A stretch of 64,000 bases of DNA, from positions 23,064,001 through 23,128,000 of the forward strand of contig NC_045716.1 of assembly GCF_009834535.1 (NCBI RefSeq), read 5' to 3'. The position numbers were made by a program, and so were the translations under genes. Below, piece after piece: positions 11,739 to 22,749 of this stretch (positions are counted from its first letter, which is position 1; each line of letters begins with the position of its first letter). Below the pieces are notes generated by a model. It was not told the DNA's origin. It did no database searches and saw nothing but the letters and a program-made list of their open reading frames with translations. This stretch comes from Camelus ferus. Taxonomy: Eukaryota.

Positions 11739-12130
11739 TGTGTGTGTGTGTGTGTGTGTGAGGGGGTTGCTGTTCAGTCCCTGTGTTGGGGAAGGCATGG
11801 GATTCTGAGGGAAGGAGGGAGGGGCAGGCAGCCCAACCAGTCTGGAGAGGTTGTCAGCTGCCATATAACTCGCTTGGGCCTTGCAAGTGTGCACACTGGC
11901 TGAGGGGCCGAGTGAAGTCAGGACATCACTCAATCGGTCCCCCTCTACCAGGCTGCCCTCCTCTGGCTCCTTCCTCCTGACCTGAGTCCTCATTCATCTC
12001 TCTGCCCTCAGGACTAGGGAAGGCTGGGATGTGGGATCTGGGCAGCCTTGAGTGTCACTATCCAAATTGGCCCTGAGGGAGTGGGGAGGAGGAATGCGTG
12101 TATGAGTGTGTGTGTGTGTGTGTGTGTGTG
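11739..12130. repeat. Two (TG)n microsatellites upstream of S100A14 (11739-11760 and 12106-12130)
   Basis: Directly visible dinucleotide runs. Confidence 0.95.
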
Positions 12131-12439
12131 ACACATTAAAGTACCTTAGAGGGCACTGGGGACTTCTTTCAACCCACGTGTCCCTCACCTCCCCCTAGAC
12201 CACAAAACCTGCCTTGACCAGCCTCTGCTTCTCCTTCTTTCCTGATTACTGACTCAGAGCCCCTCAGAGCCCCCTACCTCCCTGCCCTATGATTCCTCCA
12301 GGCCTTTCCTCCCAGGCTGTATGTCACAGTGTTCAAGTCCTCCCTCTCTCCCTCCCCAGCTTCCTCTCCCCATCTTCCCTCCACTCTTCTCGCTGGTCTG
12401 GGGCCAGGGGGATCCCAGGCCCAGCCCTCCAAGGGTTTC

Positions 12440-12655
12440 TCCATGGGGCAGGGGTGGGGGCGGGCTCTCGGAGCTGTGACCAGTGGAGGGTGGGGCCCAC
12501 AGAGCTGGCTCACCGGCCTAGGCAGCTGCAATATCAGGGGTGGCTCATGGGTGAGGCCCAGCCCCCTGCCTCCCCTCCCTTCCCCCAGGTATAAGAGCTG
12601 AGCTCAAGAGAGCTGGTTCCTCCAGTCCGGTCTCAGCAGCTGCCAGCAGGTAAGG
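12440..12655 (+). promoter_or_regulatory. S100A14: S100A14 promoter and non-coding exon 1 (~12620-12649)
   Basis: GC/KLF-type boxes at 12451-12464, TATAAGAG at 12590-12597, donor cag|gtaagg at 12650. Confidence 0.75.
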
Positions 12656-13121
12656 AGAGCCAGGGCTTGTCACCCAAATGGGCTGCTCCCAGCGCAGAGG
12701 GCATGCGGAGCCTGTCCCGCCTTAGTCTGCCAGGGGAGGGGCTGGGGGACCAGGTCCTGGAGGTTGGGGTGTGTGTGTGTTTGGACAGGACTGGGGTTTG
12801 GGGTGCGGGTTGGAAGAGATGGGAGGAATGAAGCTAAGTGAGGCCCAAGGAATTCCCTCTAAACAGGTTGGCCTGAGGGCTGTGACCTTAGCTCCTGGAG
12901 CCTGGACAGGGACAGGGCTTGTGTGGAGTTGGCTCCGAGCCCCTGGGTGAAGCACAAAATATCTGGGGTGCAGCCAAAGGGGATAGTTGAGAAAGAAATG
13001 CTGAGTTCTCCCCTCACCCCAGCCTCCCCTCTCCTCTGAGCAGATCATGAGCCATCAGCTTCTCTGGGACAGGCCGTAGGACGACAAAACTCTCAACACA
13101 GGACCAAGTGCACCAAGTACC

Positions 13122-14100
13122 ATGGGACAGTGTCGGTCAGCCAATGCGGAGGTGGGTCCATTCATTCCTGGCCTTTCTGTTCCCACCCTCCTCTCCTTCA
13201 CCCTGAGGGTCTGTGTCCCCCCTTGACTTCTGCCCCCTAACCCAGGCCTTGCCCTGCACTCCTGACCCTGCCGGTGAGACCCGAAGCCCCTCTCTGGTGC
13301 CCACACAGGCTGATGTAGATGGGCCCTCCCTGGAGGAGGATGCCTGGGCCACGTGCTGGGACCTGCCCTGCCTGGGTGCTGGCGGGTGGCGGGGAGGAAG
13401 TCTTGCCCAACCTGTGGCTCAGGGCAGAGGACAGCAGGGGCAAGGGGGCTGGATGCTGGGTTCTGGAGTGGGCGGGGGCCCACGTGCCTGCCAGCTGTCT
13501 TCGGCCCTGTTGGCTCTGCCTGTCTCCTGAGGAAACAGGGTGTCATAGGGTGGGTGGAGCCTCCCTGACATGGGCGATGTCCCTTGCCCTCAGGATGCCC
13601 AGNNNNNNNNNNNNNNNNNNNNNNNNNNNNNNNNNNNNNNNNNNNNNNNNNNNNNNNNNNNNNNNNNNNNNNNNNNNNNNNNNNNNNNNNNNNNNNNNNN
13701 NNNNNNNNNNNNNNNNNNNNNNNNNNNNNNNNNNNNNNNNNNACTGAGGGAGTGGGCCCTACCCCAGGCAGTACCCTGACTTCCCAAGCAAGTGCTCCAA
13801 GACCCCGCCCACGCTGCCTGGGCCCCTGGCACTGGCAACCCCCAGCCCTACCCCTTGTCAGTGCCAGGTAGGCTCAGGTCCTGCTCCCTGCTCCTGGGCA
13901 GTCTTGGGTGGGAAGGGTGGAAGGTCCTCCTGCCTGAGCTGTGGTGTCTTCCCTTCTCTCAGAGCAACTGTGGGCTGGAAGAGAAAATCGCCAACTTGGG
14001 CAGCTGTAATGACTCTAAACTGGAGTTCGGGAGTTTCTGGGAGCTGATTGGAGAAGCAGCCAAAAGTGTGAAGCTGGAGAACCCTGTCCGGGGGAGTTGA
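13122..14100 (+). CDS. S100A14: Protein S100-A14, ~104 aa; join(13122..13151,13594..~13740,13963..14100); middle exon mostly N
   Basis: [10 protein letters not shown]|gtgggt; cag|DAQ then N 13603-13743; ag|[45 protein letters not shown]. The N-terminal MGQCRS myristoylation-type motif is typical of S100A14. The end of the middle exon is inferred. Confidence 0.93.
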
Positions 14101-14735
14101 AAAGCTTCCCCTGGAATTGGAGGGGGATGCTGGGGAAAGGGGACTTTAGAGCCTATGGGCTTGGAAATAAAACTCCTCCCCACCCCCCTACACTATTCCC
14201 CAGCCCCACCTGCCTCACCTCTGCAAGGTTCAGGTCCATAATGGCCCTGCCAGGGGCCTCTATGCATTTCATCCCTGGGAGCTCCCAGGAGCTAATGGGT
14301 CCAGTAGTGCCCTGTCAGAGGAAGGCTCCGGGGCGAGTTGGGGCCAGGGATGGATGTGGAGGGATGCTGGAGGGTTGAGGATGGTGTAAGGGCCTGATCA
14401 TTTGGTGATGGGGGAAGGGCAGTGAGGAGCTGGGCTACGTGAAGTAATCTGAAGGGGGTGGGAATAAGGCTGGATATTTGTTATGAAAAAGGGTCTCTAA
14501 GAACCTACCCCTCCTAATCTCTTTCCCAACCCAAACTGTAGCTGTCTGTCCAGTGCTACCCCTCCCTGCCTCTTCTTCTGCCCCAGCCTGCTCCCAGGAC
14601 TTGTCCCTGGGCTGGGGAGGGGAAAAGAGAGAGAGCAGGCTGGGGGAGAGGCTGAGGAGGGTGACTTTGGGAGCGAGAGAACCAGCTGGGTGCTTGGGCA
14701 TTTAAAAAATGATGATTGTTTTGTATCATTTGATT

Positions 14736-14741
14736 AATAAA
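14736..14741 (+). terminator. S100A14: S100A14 distal polyadenylation signal
   Basis: AATAAA ~640 nt after the stop; a proximal AATAAA also lies at 14166-14171. Confidence 0.65.
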
Positions 14742-15025
14742 AAAATGGAAAAAGTGAAAGATGTTGTCTTGATTGGACACCCTCCCAGGGTCCATGGGTG
14801 AAGAGATGTTGGGGTGAATGGCAGTCACTGGGTGGTGTGGGCTGTGCGGGGCTGCAGTGGTTGACAATGGAAGTGAAGGGGGGATTCACTTTCCCCCATG
14901 GATTTGGGTTGAGAATGGCATCAGGCCTAAAAGGTGGGAGACCTGTCCTCTCTGAGGGACAGACTTCTCTTTGCCAGTGACCTGGCCCTCTGACAGGAGA
15001 GGAGAGCATGGAAAAGGATGTGAAC

Positions 15026-15123
15026 CTGTGCCCGGAGGGTATAGCTCAGTGGTAGAGCATGTGCTTAGCATGCACTAGGTCGTGGGTTCAATCCCCACTA
15101 CCTCCATTAAAAAAAAAAAAAAA
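15026..15123 (+). mobile_element. tRNA-Ala-derived SINE, short form (tRNA head directly followed by poly-A)
   Basis: A box (tagctcagtgg) and B box (ggttcaatcc), poly-A; TSD ggatgtgaac at 15016-15025 and 15125-15134. Confidence 0.9.
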
Positions 15124-15159
15124 GGGATGTGAACTCAGTTGTGCTGGAGCCTGGCTGAC

Positions 15160-15345
15160 TAGTAGCTTGGGAACTGTAAGACTGAGAAACAGACTGACTG
15201 GTTTGAATCCCAGCTCTGCACTCACTATCTTTGGAACTTTGGGCGTGCTCTCAGAGTGTCAGATTCCTCACCTCGAAAGTGGAGATATTCATAGTCCTTC
15301 CCTCGCAGCATTGTTAGGAGGATAGTACAGTGACACATCATGTAA
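15160..15345 (+). mobile_element. MIR
   Basis: tttgaatcccagctctgcactcact...gattcctcacctcgaaagtggagat core. Confidence 0.65.
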
Positions 15346-15809
15346 AGGATGGGTCCCCTCTGGTTTCAGCTGTTGCCTCTGGGATGTCAAACTGGCCAGT
15401 TCCCTTGGGTATCTTGGAGAAAGGGTGGAGGGGTGTTTCCAGAGGAATCCGCTGCTGCATAGGAGAGGTCCTAGGGATGGGTCAACTGGAAGTGGAAGAC
15501 AGAGACACTCTGGTCCTTTCTGACTTGAGCCCATAGAAATCAGGCATTACACCTGAAATCCCAACAGCGAGGAAGTTTCTGTGGCCAGCCAGCCAGGCCT
15601 GGGAAGCTAACTGAACTTGTCTGTTAAGGGCCCCTGAAACTGGGCCCCCAGTGACCCAGGTGAGAAGGGCAGGTGACAGTCCTTCCCTTTCTTTCTCGAA
15701 GTTGTAAATTCTGCTCAGGCCTGGTGGGGCTGGGAGGGTGGGGTTAGGGGAGTGCCAGCTTCCACCACTCCCTCTGGGGTGGGAGCTGAGGAGTGTTAAA
15801 AAAAAAGGT

Positions 15810-16038
15810 GTGTATCCCTTTAACAAGGGCCCAGCCCCGGGGCCAAGACAAGAGGGAGCTCAGTCACTACCTTCCCACCGAGCCAGCTCAGCCAGGCAGG
15901 GCCGGGAGGGAGTGGGACAGATTCTGGGAGTGCAGTGGGGAGGAGCCCTGGCGGGGCTGAGTGTGGAGCTGCTTCAGTGCCAGAGCCCAGGCCCCAGAGC
16001 CCTGCGGGAGAGGAGGTGGATCCAGAAGGCAGGTGAGC
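15810..16038 (+). promoter_or_regulatory. S100A16: S100A16 promoter and non-coding exon 1 (~15860-16032)
   Basis: TTTAACAA TATA-like element near 15818-15825; ATG-free GC-rich exon ending gaaggcag|gtgagc at 16033; would splice to the acceptor at 20712/20713. Confidence 0.6.
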
Positions 16039-19000
16039 CCCCCAGGTCCGTCCTGGGAGACATGGGCCTGCCAGAGGGGCCCTGCTGGCCTGGGAGGCCT
16101 GGAGAAGGGGCAGTGAAGGGGGCCTGAGCAGGGGGGCCTACTAGAGACTGGGCAGGAAGGTTTCGTTAATTGTTAACTTTCCCAAAAGGCCAGTTGGGGA
16201 ATGGAGAGTTCTGGTGAGGGGGTCGGCAGGAGAGGCCTTCAGCGGAGTGGAGGCGGTGGCAAGACCCCCTCCCTGGCCCAGCAGCTGACTGGGCTCCTCT
16301 CCAGGGGCTGGGCCACCAGGCAGAGTGTTCAGAGTGTTTGGTAGCTTTTGCCCACAGCTGCTTTTCCCCAACAAGAAAAGTTTCCCCAACAGAAAAAGGG
16401 CAAATTTTCCCCAACAGAAAAAGATGTATGTTGGAGGGGGTCGAGGAGCGGTAAGACCTTGGACACAGGTCTCACTGGGCTCTAGGGGCTGTATCCTGGG
16501 AGAGGTGATGGGGTCCCGGAGGAGCCAGGGAGGGCCCAGGGAGCCTGAGAGCCCGAGGACAGGAGGCAGGCACCGAGGTGGCGTCTCTCCACCTCATGAC
16601 TTGGGCAGGTCCCCAAGGCTGACCCCACTGTGCTCTGGGAGCTGTTCTGTGTGTGGGAGGGATGATGGGACCCAGGAAGAACCTGGGTGAGGCCCCCTGG
16701 AGCCTGAGCTCCAGGAGAAGGGTCTGGAAAGTGGGCAGCTTCTCCTCCACCTCGGGACCCAGGCAGGTCCTGGCTTGACGTGCTTTGCTTGGGGGAGCCA
16801 CCTGCACTCTAGAGCTTTCCCTTGCCTGGCCCTGTCCAGGTGGGTGGGGGTGAGGGCAGGGGTGCTGGGAGAGGGCACACTAGGGTGCTGGGAGTGGGGC
16901 TCACTTTCCCCATCTGCTAGAAAAGAGCTCTCTGGGTTTTGGTGGGGCCAGGGGCAGCAGTGTGTGTGTGTGTGTGCACCTAACTTCGGAGGAACAGGCT
17001 GCTTCTTCCAGTGAGATCCTCCGAAAACAGGAGTGTTTGGAGGGTAGATGGTTCGCCCAAGCAGAGGGAATCAGAAATGGCAGGATTCCTTGCTCACTGT
17101 GTACGTAAGTGTAAATGTGAATTAGATGCAGTGAGTCCTGTGAGGGTGGGGATGGCAAGACTGGGACAAGTGGGTGAGGTGCTAGCCTCTGGAACTGGGG
17201 AAAGAGCCTGAGAAGAGGGAACAGAGAATGGGGCTGCAGAGGCTGGAGAGATTAATTTGAACCAGCCTTGCAAACAGAGTAAAGCTTCACCAGCCCAGTG
17301 GAGATGGCACCTTCCCTGTGTGCTACGGGCAGTTGGGGCAAGTGAGTGAATTAAGAAGGAAATGAATGAGTGAATGAATGAGAATGAATAAAGGAGTCCA
17401 TGAATGAGTGAATAAACAAGTGAATGGTGGATAAATGAGTGAACAAATTCGAGGTAGATGGAAGGGACACAGAGAACAGCACAATTAGGCTTCAGAGTGG
17501 TCTAGGCTCCTGAGGGGAGGTGACTAGGAGTGATAGGAATGCAGGGACATTCCCAACACTTGGGAACAATTTAACACTCAAGGAGTGTGTGTGGAGATGG
17601 GAAGAGAAGGTGAATTTTAGAGAGTGTGGTGGACGTTCAGGGCTCCACGTTGAAGGGGACTGGGGAGTTGAAGAGGCAGGGTGAATGGGCGAAGCTAGGA
17701 GGGGTGGGGCCCAGAACCTGGGGGTGGGAGGGCGGGGCTGGAGTGGCTGAGACCCAGGGGCATGGTGTCAGGGCAATTTGGGCTTTTGGAGAACTCAGCA
17801 AGCTGGGCTGAGGTGGGCGGGGTGGGGGTGGGGTCCTCTTGGTTGCTCAATGATGAATCAGCCATGGAGAAGACAGTGAGAACACTTGGGGACGGTTGGG
17901 GGCCCCACTGTCCTCTGGAGGGCAAGTCCCTCCATTGCCACTTTGGGAAGTCTACAATGTACCATCCATCTCCCCGCTAACTCTCAGCCCAGGATCTACC
18001 TGTGGCCAAGTGAATGCAGGCGTTACCCCCTGCCCTGCCCTTCCCAGGGAGGGGCTGATGGGACAGCCAGCTACCTCCCCTCCCCACAACCCCATGCCTG
18101 GGGACCCTCTGGCCAGGTTGGTGGGAAGGCTGGGCAGGCTGGAGGAGCAGGTGACCTTGGCATGGGTGTGGTGGCAGAGCCCCCAGGGGAGGGAAGGGGA
18201 AAGAGGGTAATGACACCTGACCTCCCCCCCCATACCCTTCCTTCAGAAAAAGCTTCAGAAAAGCATTTGTCCAGATTGTTATCTCCAGAGTTGCCTATTT
18301 GACTAGAAGAAGGTGGTGTGGGGACGATTGGGAGGCCTGGGAGCTGAAGCCCAGCTCTCTGGGGTGACTGTGTACCTGACAGCAGGTGCTGAGATGGCTC
18401 CTGCAAGCTCACCTGTGTCTTGCCAGGTAGAGGCTGAGGCCTGGGCTCAAGAAAGGGCAGGAGTAGGCTCCCCTGGTCAGAGGAAAAAGACTCCGAGAGG
18501 GAAGATGATGGGAGGGGAGTGGGCGGCCAGTAGGGAGAGGGGCAGAGGCACACTACTGCGTAAAATCCATCTCTTTCCTTTTCCTGACTTCCCCACGGAC
18601 TCCTCACTTAGGGTACGAGGTCTGGGCTGGGTAAGGTGCTGGGGTTCTTTGAACTTCCTCCCTACTCCCAAGGCTGGTTAGAAATAGGCTTGACACCATC
18701 CTTGCTGAAATAGCTTTCAGAATCCCCAGGAGTGCTGGTCACAGACCTAGGCCACTCCCCACCCAAGGGCAGCAGGGCAGACAGTTCACAGATTGAGACA
18801 CTTTTGTCTTCATTTGCTAACGCTAGACCATTTGTGCAAAAGTCTTACAGGGGTATAAACATTGAACCACACAATTACACACAATAGAAAAAAAGTATTG
18901 GAAAAAGAAATACGGTTTCCTACAGTCCTGGTCCCACACTTCATTCTTTTGGCAGCAGACCAGGTGGATGCGGCAGGAGAGAGAAGGGGAGGATTCCTGA

Positions 19001-20739
19001 TCAGAGTTGCCCTAACCTGACCCCTTTCCCTCTCAACTCTCTTTCCTTCCTGCATCCTGATTTTGTCCTTCTGGGTCTCACCCTTCCTCCAGAAAAAGCG
19101 TCATAAAAGAAAACTCTTAGAAGGATGATGCAGGGCCCTGGATACCTTGTAGCAGGGCCGAAGGAGGTGGAATATTTATAGAACACCTACCTAGAGCAGG
19201 GCATTGCTCCAGGCAACGTGGCCGAGGGGAGATGCGGAGATTAAACGCAGGGAGGTGTTATATCCAGGATTTTAAAAAACCCTCCCCAAATCTCCGAGTC
19301 CTACTGTTTGGTTCAGAAAACACAATGGCTGCATGTAAGAAACACTCCCCATGCTTCAGGGAATGTCTGATGTCCGGGGAGACAAGACCCAGGGAAAGAC
19401 TGCAGCCACACCAGCGAGTGGGCCCCGCCAACGCTGCCTGAGTCTGTGGGAGTCGGGGAGGAGGGCGTTGAGGGCAAGGGTCAGGGCAGGCTTCCCCGGG
19501 AGGCGTGGTTTGGGCAGGCCTCAGCCAGGTGGAGAGGGCAGGGCAGTGGGCGCCGGAGGAGGGGCGGATGGCCAAGGGGGGATTAGAAAGCAGGTGGCAG
19601 GGCAGGCGCGGTGGTGGGGCGCAGTGAAGCCCCCCTCCCTCCCTTCCAAATGGAACCGTGGGATGCCCAGGACCAGATGGTGGCTGTGTCCACCTTCTCT
19701 TGCCAGGACCCAATGGGCAAGGCGCTGCGTCTCATTCCTGGGCTTGAGGGTGGGAGGGGAGGCTCATTTGCCAGGGTTCACTTGGGGGGGCTCTGGGCAT
19801 GGGCGGTGACTCACAGAGTAGATCCGCCCGCTCCCCTCACATCCTGTTATTCAGTGGGCTGTATCCGCTTGGAATGTGAGTGCCTTTTGTCCTGGGGCGA
19901 GGGGGTGACGTGTGTAGCCTCTGGCTGGCTGCGGAGGAGGCTCCATCTCCAGCTGTCTCCAGCTGGGCAGAGCCAGGCCTGGCTCCTCCTTAGGTAATGG
20001 GGTGGGGGGCCCTTGGATCCTACTGTATATTTTGGGGTGGGTATGAGGGATGATAGGCTGGCGGGCAGTGGCTAGGGGCCAGACTTGATGGATTGCCCTT
20101 TCCCAGAGAAGGGCATTCATGGCCTGAGACCCTGGACGCACTGTCCTGGAGCCTGGCTGAAGGGACTGGGCACAGCCTAGTCCCGCCTCCTGTTTTGTTG
20201 CCTGGGGCCGGGGTCTCAGCCAACACTGGGTTGGGGAAACAGTGGCTCCTGCCCCTCCCCAGCCCTGGAGGCCCATCCTAGCAGTTTCTAGCCGTGCTTG
20301 TCTCCTGTGCTTGTCTCCCGCGGCAGGGACCCTGGATGGGCCAGGTTTGGAGAGGGCGGAAGGATGGGTGCTTGCCCTCCTCCCCTTCCCATGGGAGCCT
20401 CTATTCTCTCTGGAGCTGTGACAAGCCCAGTGCCTGGGGCTGGGGAAGGGCCTGGAAAACCTGCTAAGGCGGTTGAGCTGGGGAGCACCTGGGTGAGAGG
20501 AGACATAGCTCTAATTCCAGGCCCACCCCCGCGCCCACCCTTGGGTCCACTTTTCCCTCCCCCTCCCTTCTCTCAAGGACCAGCAAGCTTGGGGAGCTGG
20601 GCGGTGGGGGTGGGGTGGGGTGGGGCAGGCAGGAAGACAAGGGCAGGGAGACCGGAGGGGCTGTGGCCTGCAGGGCCTCTTCTCATCTCCCCTCTGTCGC
20701 GGTGGCACCCAGGCCCCCTTGGAGGACTGAGGCAGTGAG

Positions 20740-21360
20740 ATGGCGGACAGCTACACGGAGCTGGAGAAGGCGGTCGTTGTCCTGGTGGAGAACTTCTACA
20801 AATACGTGTCCAAATACAGCCTGGTTAAGAACAAGATCAGCAAGAGCAGCTTCCGGAAGATGCTTCAGAAAGAGCTCAACCACATGCTGACGGTGGGGGC
20901 CCTATCTGAGGGCTTGGCCTTCTCGCCCCCTCCTTCCCCAGCTCCGAAAGCCCTTGTCCTCTCTGGGTGTCCTTCCCCACCACTGCCTCTGTCCTTTCAG
21001 AGTTATCCCCCCAAACCAGGGTCTCAACCCCATCCAGGCCTCTGTTCTCAGGTGCCCAGGACTGAGCCGCTGAGGGCTCTATTCCCTTTTCCCCAAGGGC
21101 AGCAGCTGCCCAGCCGGACCCTGGACTCTGCCTAGGGTCCTGCAGGGGGTGCTCTGCGGAGCTGCCACCCTCAGCCCTGCTCACCCCTGATTCCTCCCCA
21201 GGACACGGGGAACCGAAAGGCTGCTGACAAGCTCATCCAGAACCTGGATGCCAATCACGACGGGCGCATCAGCTTTGATGAGTACTGGACCTTGATAGGC
21301 GGCATCACCAGCCCCATCGCCAACCTCATCCGCCAGCAGGAGCAGCTGAGCAGCAGCTAG
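20740..21360 (+). CDS. S100A16: Protein S100-A16, 103 aa; join(20740..20892,21202..21360)
   Basis: MADSYTELEKAVVVLVENFYKYVSKYSLVKNKISKSSFRKMLQKELNHMLT | DTGNRKAADKLIQNLDANHDGRISFDEYWTLIGGITSPIANLIRQQEQLSSS*; GT-AG, phase 0; canonical EF loop DANHDGRISFDE. Confidence 0.97.
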
Positions 21361-21847
21361 AGGACCCGCCCCCTGTCCCCACCCCCCAGTGCTCTTCCTA
21401 GGCTTCCTCCTCAGCCTCCTCTGCCCGCCCAGACCCCCGTCCTCTCTTCTCCCTCCAGACCTTCTCCTGACCCTTGCTGAATAGGTAAGGGGGGGATGTC
21501 AGCACCCCTTTGTGAGTGTCTCAGTCTGGGGTGCCTCTCTGGGGCCCCTCTGTGAGATCTCAATGCTGTTTGGGGACCCAAGAGTTTCCCCACCTGTTCA
21601 GTCTATCTACCTTTCCAACGTCTGATGTTCCTACTTGATACCAGGTGTCTCCTGACCTTTAGAGGGCAGCTTGCTGCTTCAGGTCTCCCTGCGCCTGGCA
21701 GCCCCAGCAGAGACCTCTCTCCCCTTTCTCTCAGCCCCTCTGCTGGGTGGAGGAGACTTCCAGGGATTGCTTTCCAGCTGCCTTTGGGTCTGGAAACAGC
21801 AAAGCAAGATTGAGCCCCTTTCCTCCTGCTCAGCTGTGGAAATGGGC

Positions 21848-21909
21848 AATAAAGGCTGGATTTGAAGTTTGTGTCTCCCTCACCCAGTCCCTTTGTAATA
21901 TTCATTAAA
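21848..21909 (+). terminator. S100A16: S100A16 polyadenylation signals
   Basis: AATAAA at 21848-21853 and ATTAAA at 21904-21909. Confidence 0.65.
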
Positions 21910-22749
21910 ATCTTTCCACTCCTTGGAACCTCCTTATGCCTTGGTGATCTTTGCCCTGGGCCCCGAGGCAAGGGGGAATCTCACCAAGAAACCCCAAGGC
22001 ATAGCAAGAAGCAGAACTCAGGTTCCAGCAAGTGCTGTCAGCCCTGAGCCAGCAGCTCCTCCCCTCCTCTATGAAAGGCCAAAGGCCACCTGTCACCACC
22101 TCTGGGCCCTCACAGCCCAAACTCAACTCATATTCAGTTTCCAGGCTCACAGTGTTTCCCATTTGGTCCTCACTGCAATTACATGAGAGAGGGGCCATGA
22201 CCCTCAGTCTTGAGTCATGAATAGTGTGAGATAATGAATTCTCAGCAACAGATTATTCTAATACATAGAAGTTTGTGGGATAAGAAAGTAAGAGTGCAAA
22301 GGAAGAGGTGTGGGAGGCCAGGGTTGGAATTCGTAGCTGTTGGAGAGGACAATGCCAGCTTCTCTGTTTCTCCCCTGCTGTTGCATCAAGGGAGTCCCTA
22401 CCATGGAAAGACAGCACATGCCACCAAGGGGAGGCAAAGAAGCAGGGCAGGAAATCCAGGCTGCAGGGCTGGGTCGGTGGTTTTCAACCTGGGGCAGTGT
22501 ACTCCAACGTTTAAGAGTTTTCAAAAGATTATAGGCATAGACAGTTTTCATTGGAATCCATTTTAGATCCTTAACCTTCTAAAAGTGACCTACTTCTGAA
22601 TGGGCTTGCAGTCAAGGTAGCACGCTGGTCTTTCCCATCCCTCCTTCACAATAACCCTCCCCCAGTCAAATATGGAAGGAATAGCCTTTACCTGTCCTGG
22701 GGATCACAATGCCACCTTGACTGAAATGTGAAGAAGAATATTTTTGTGA

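Noticed and set aside
74-14100. Calling S100A1 or S100A14 pseudogenes
   Set aside because: All visible splice sites, codons and promoter elements are intact; the missing parts are N, not stops or deletions.
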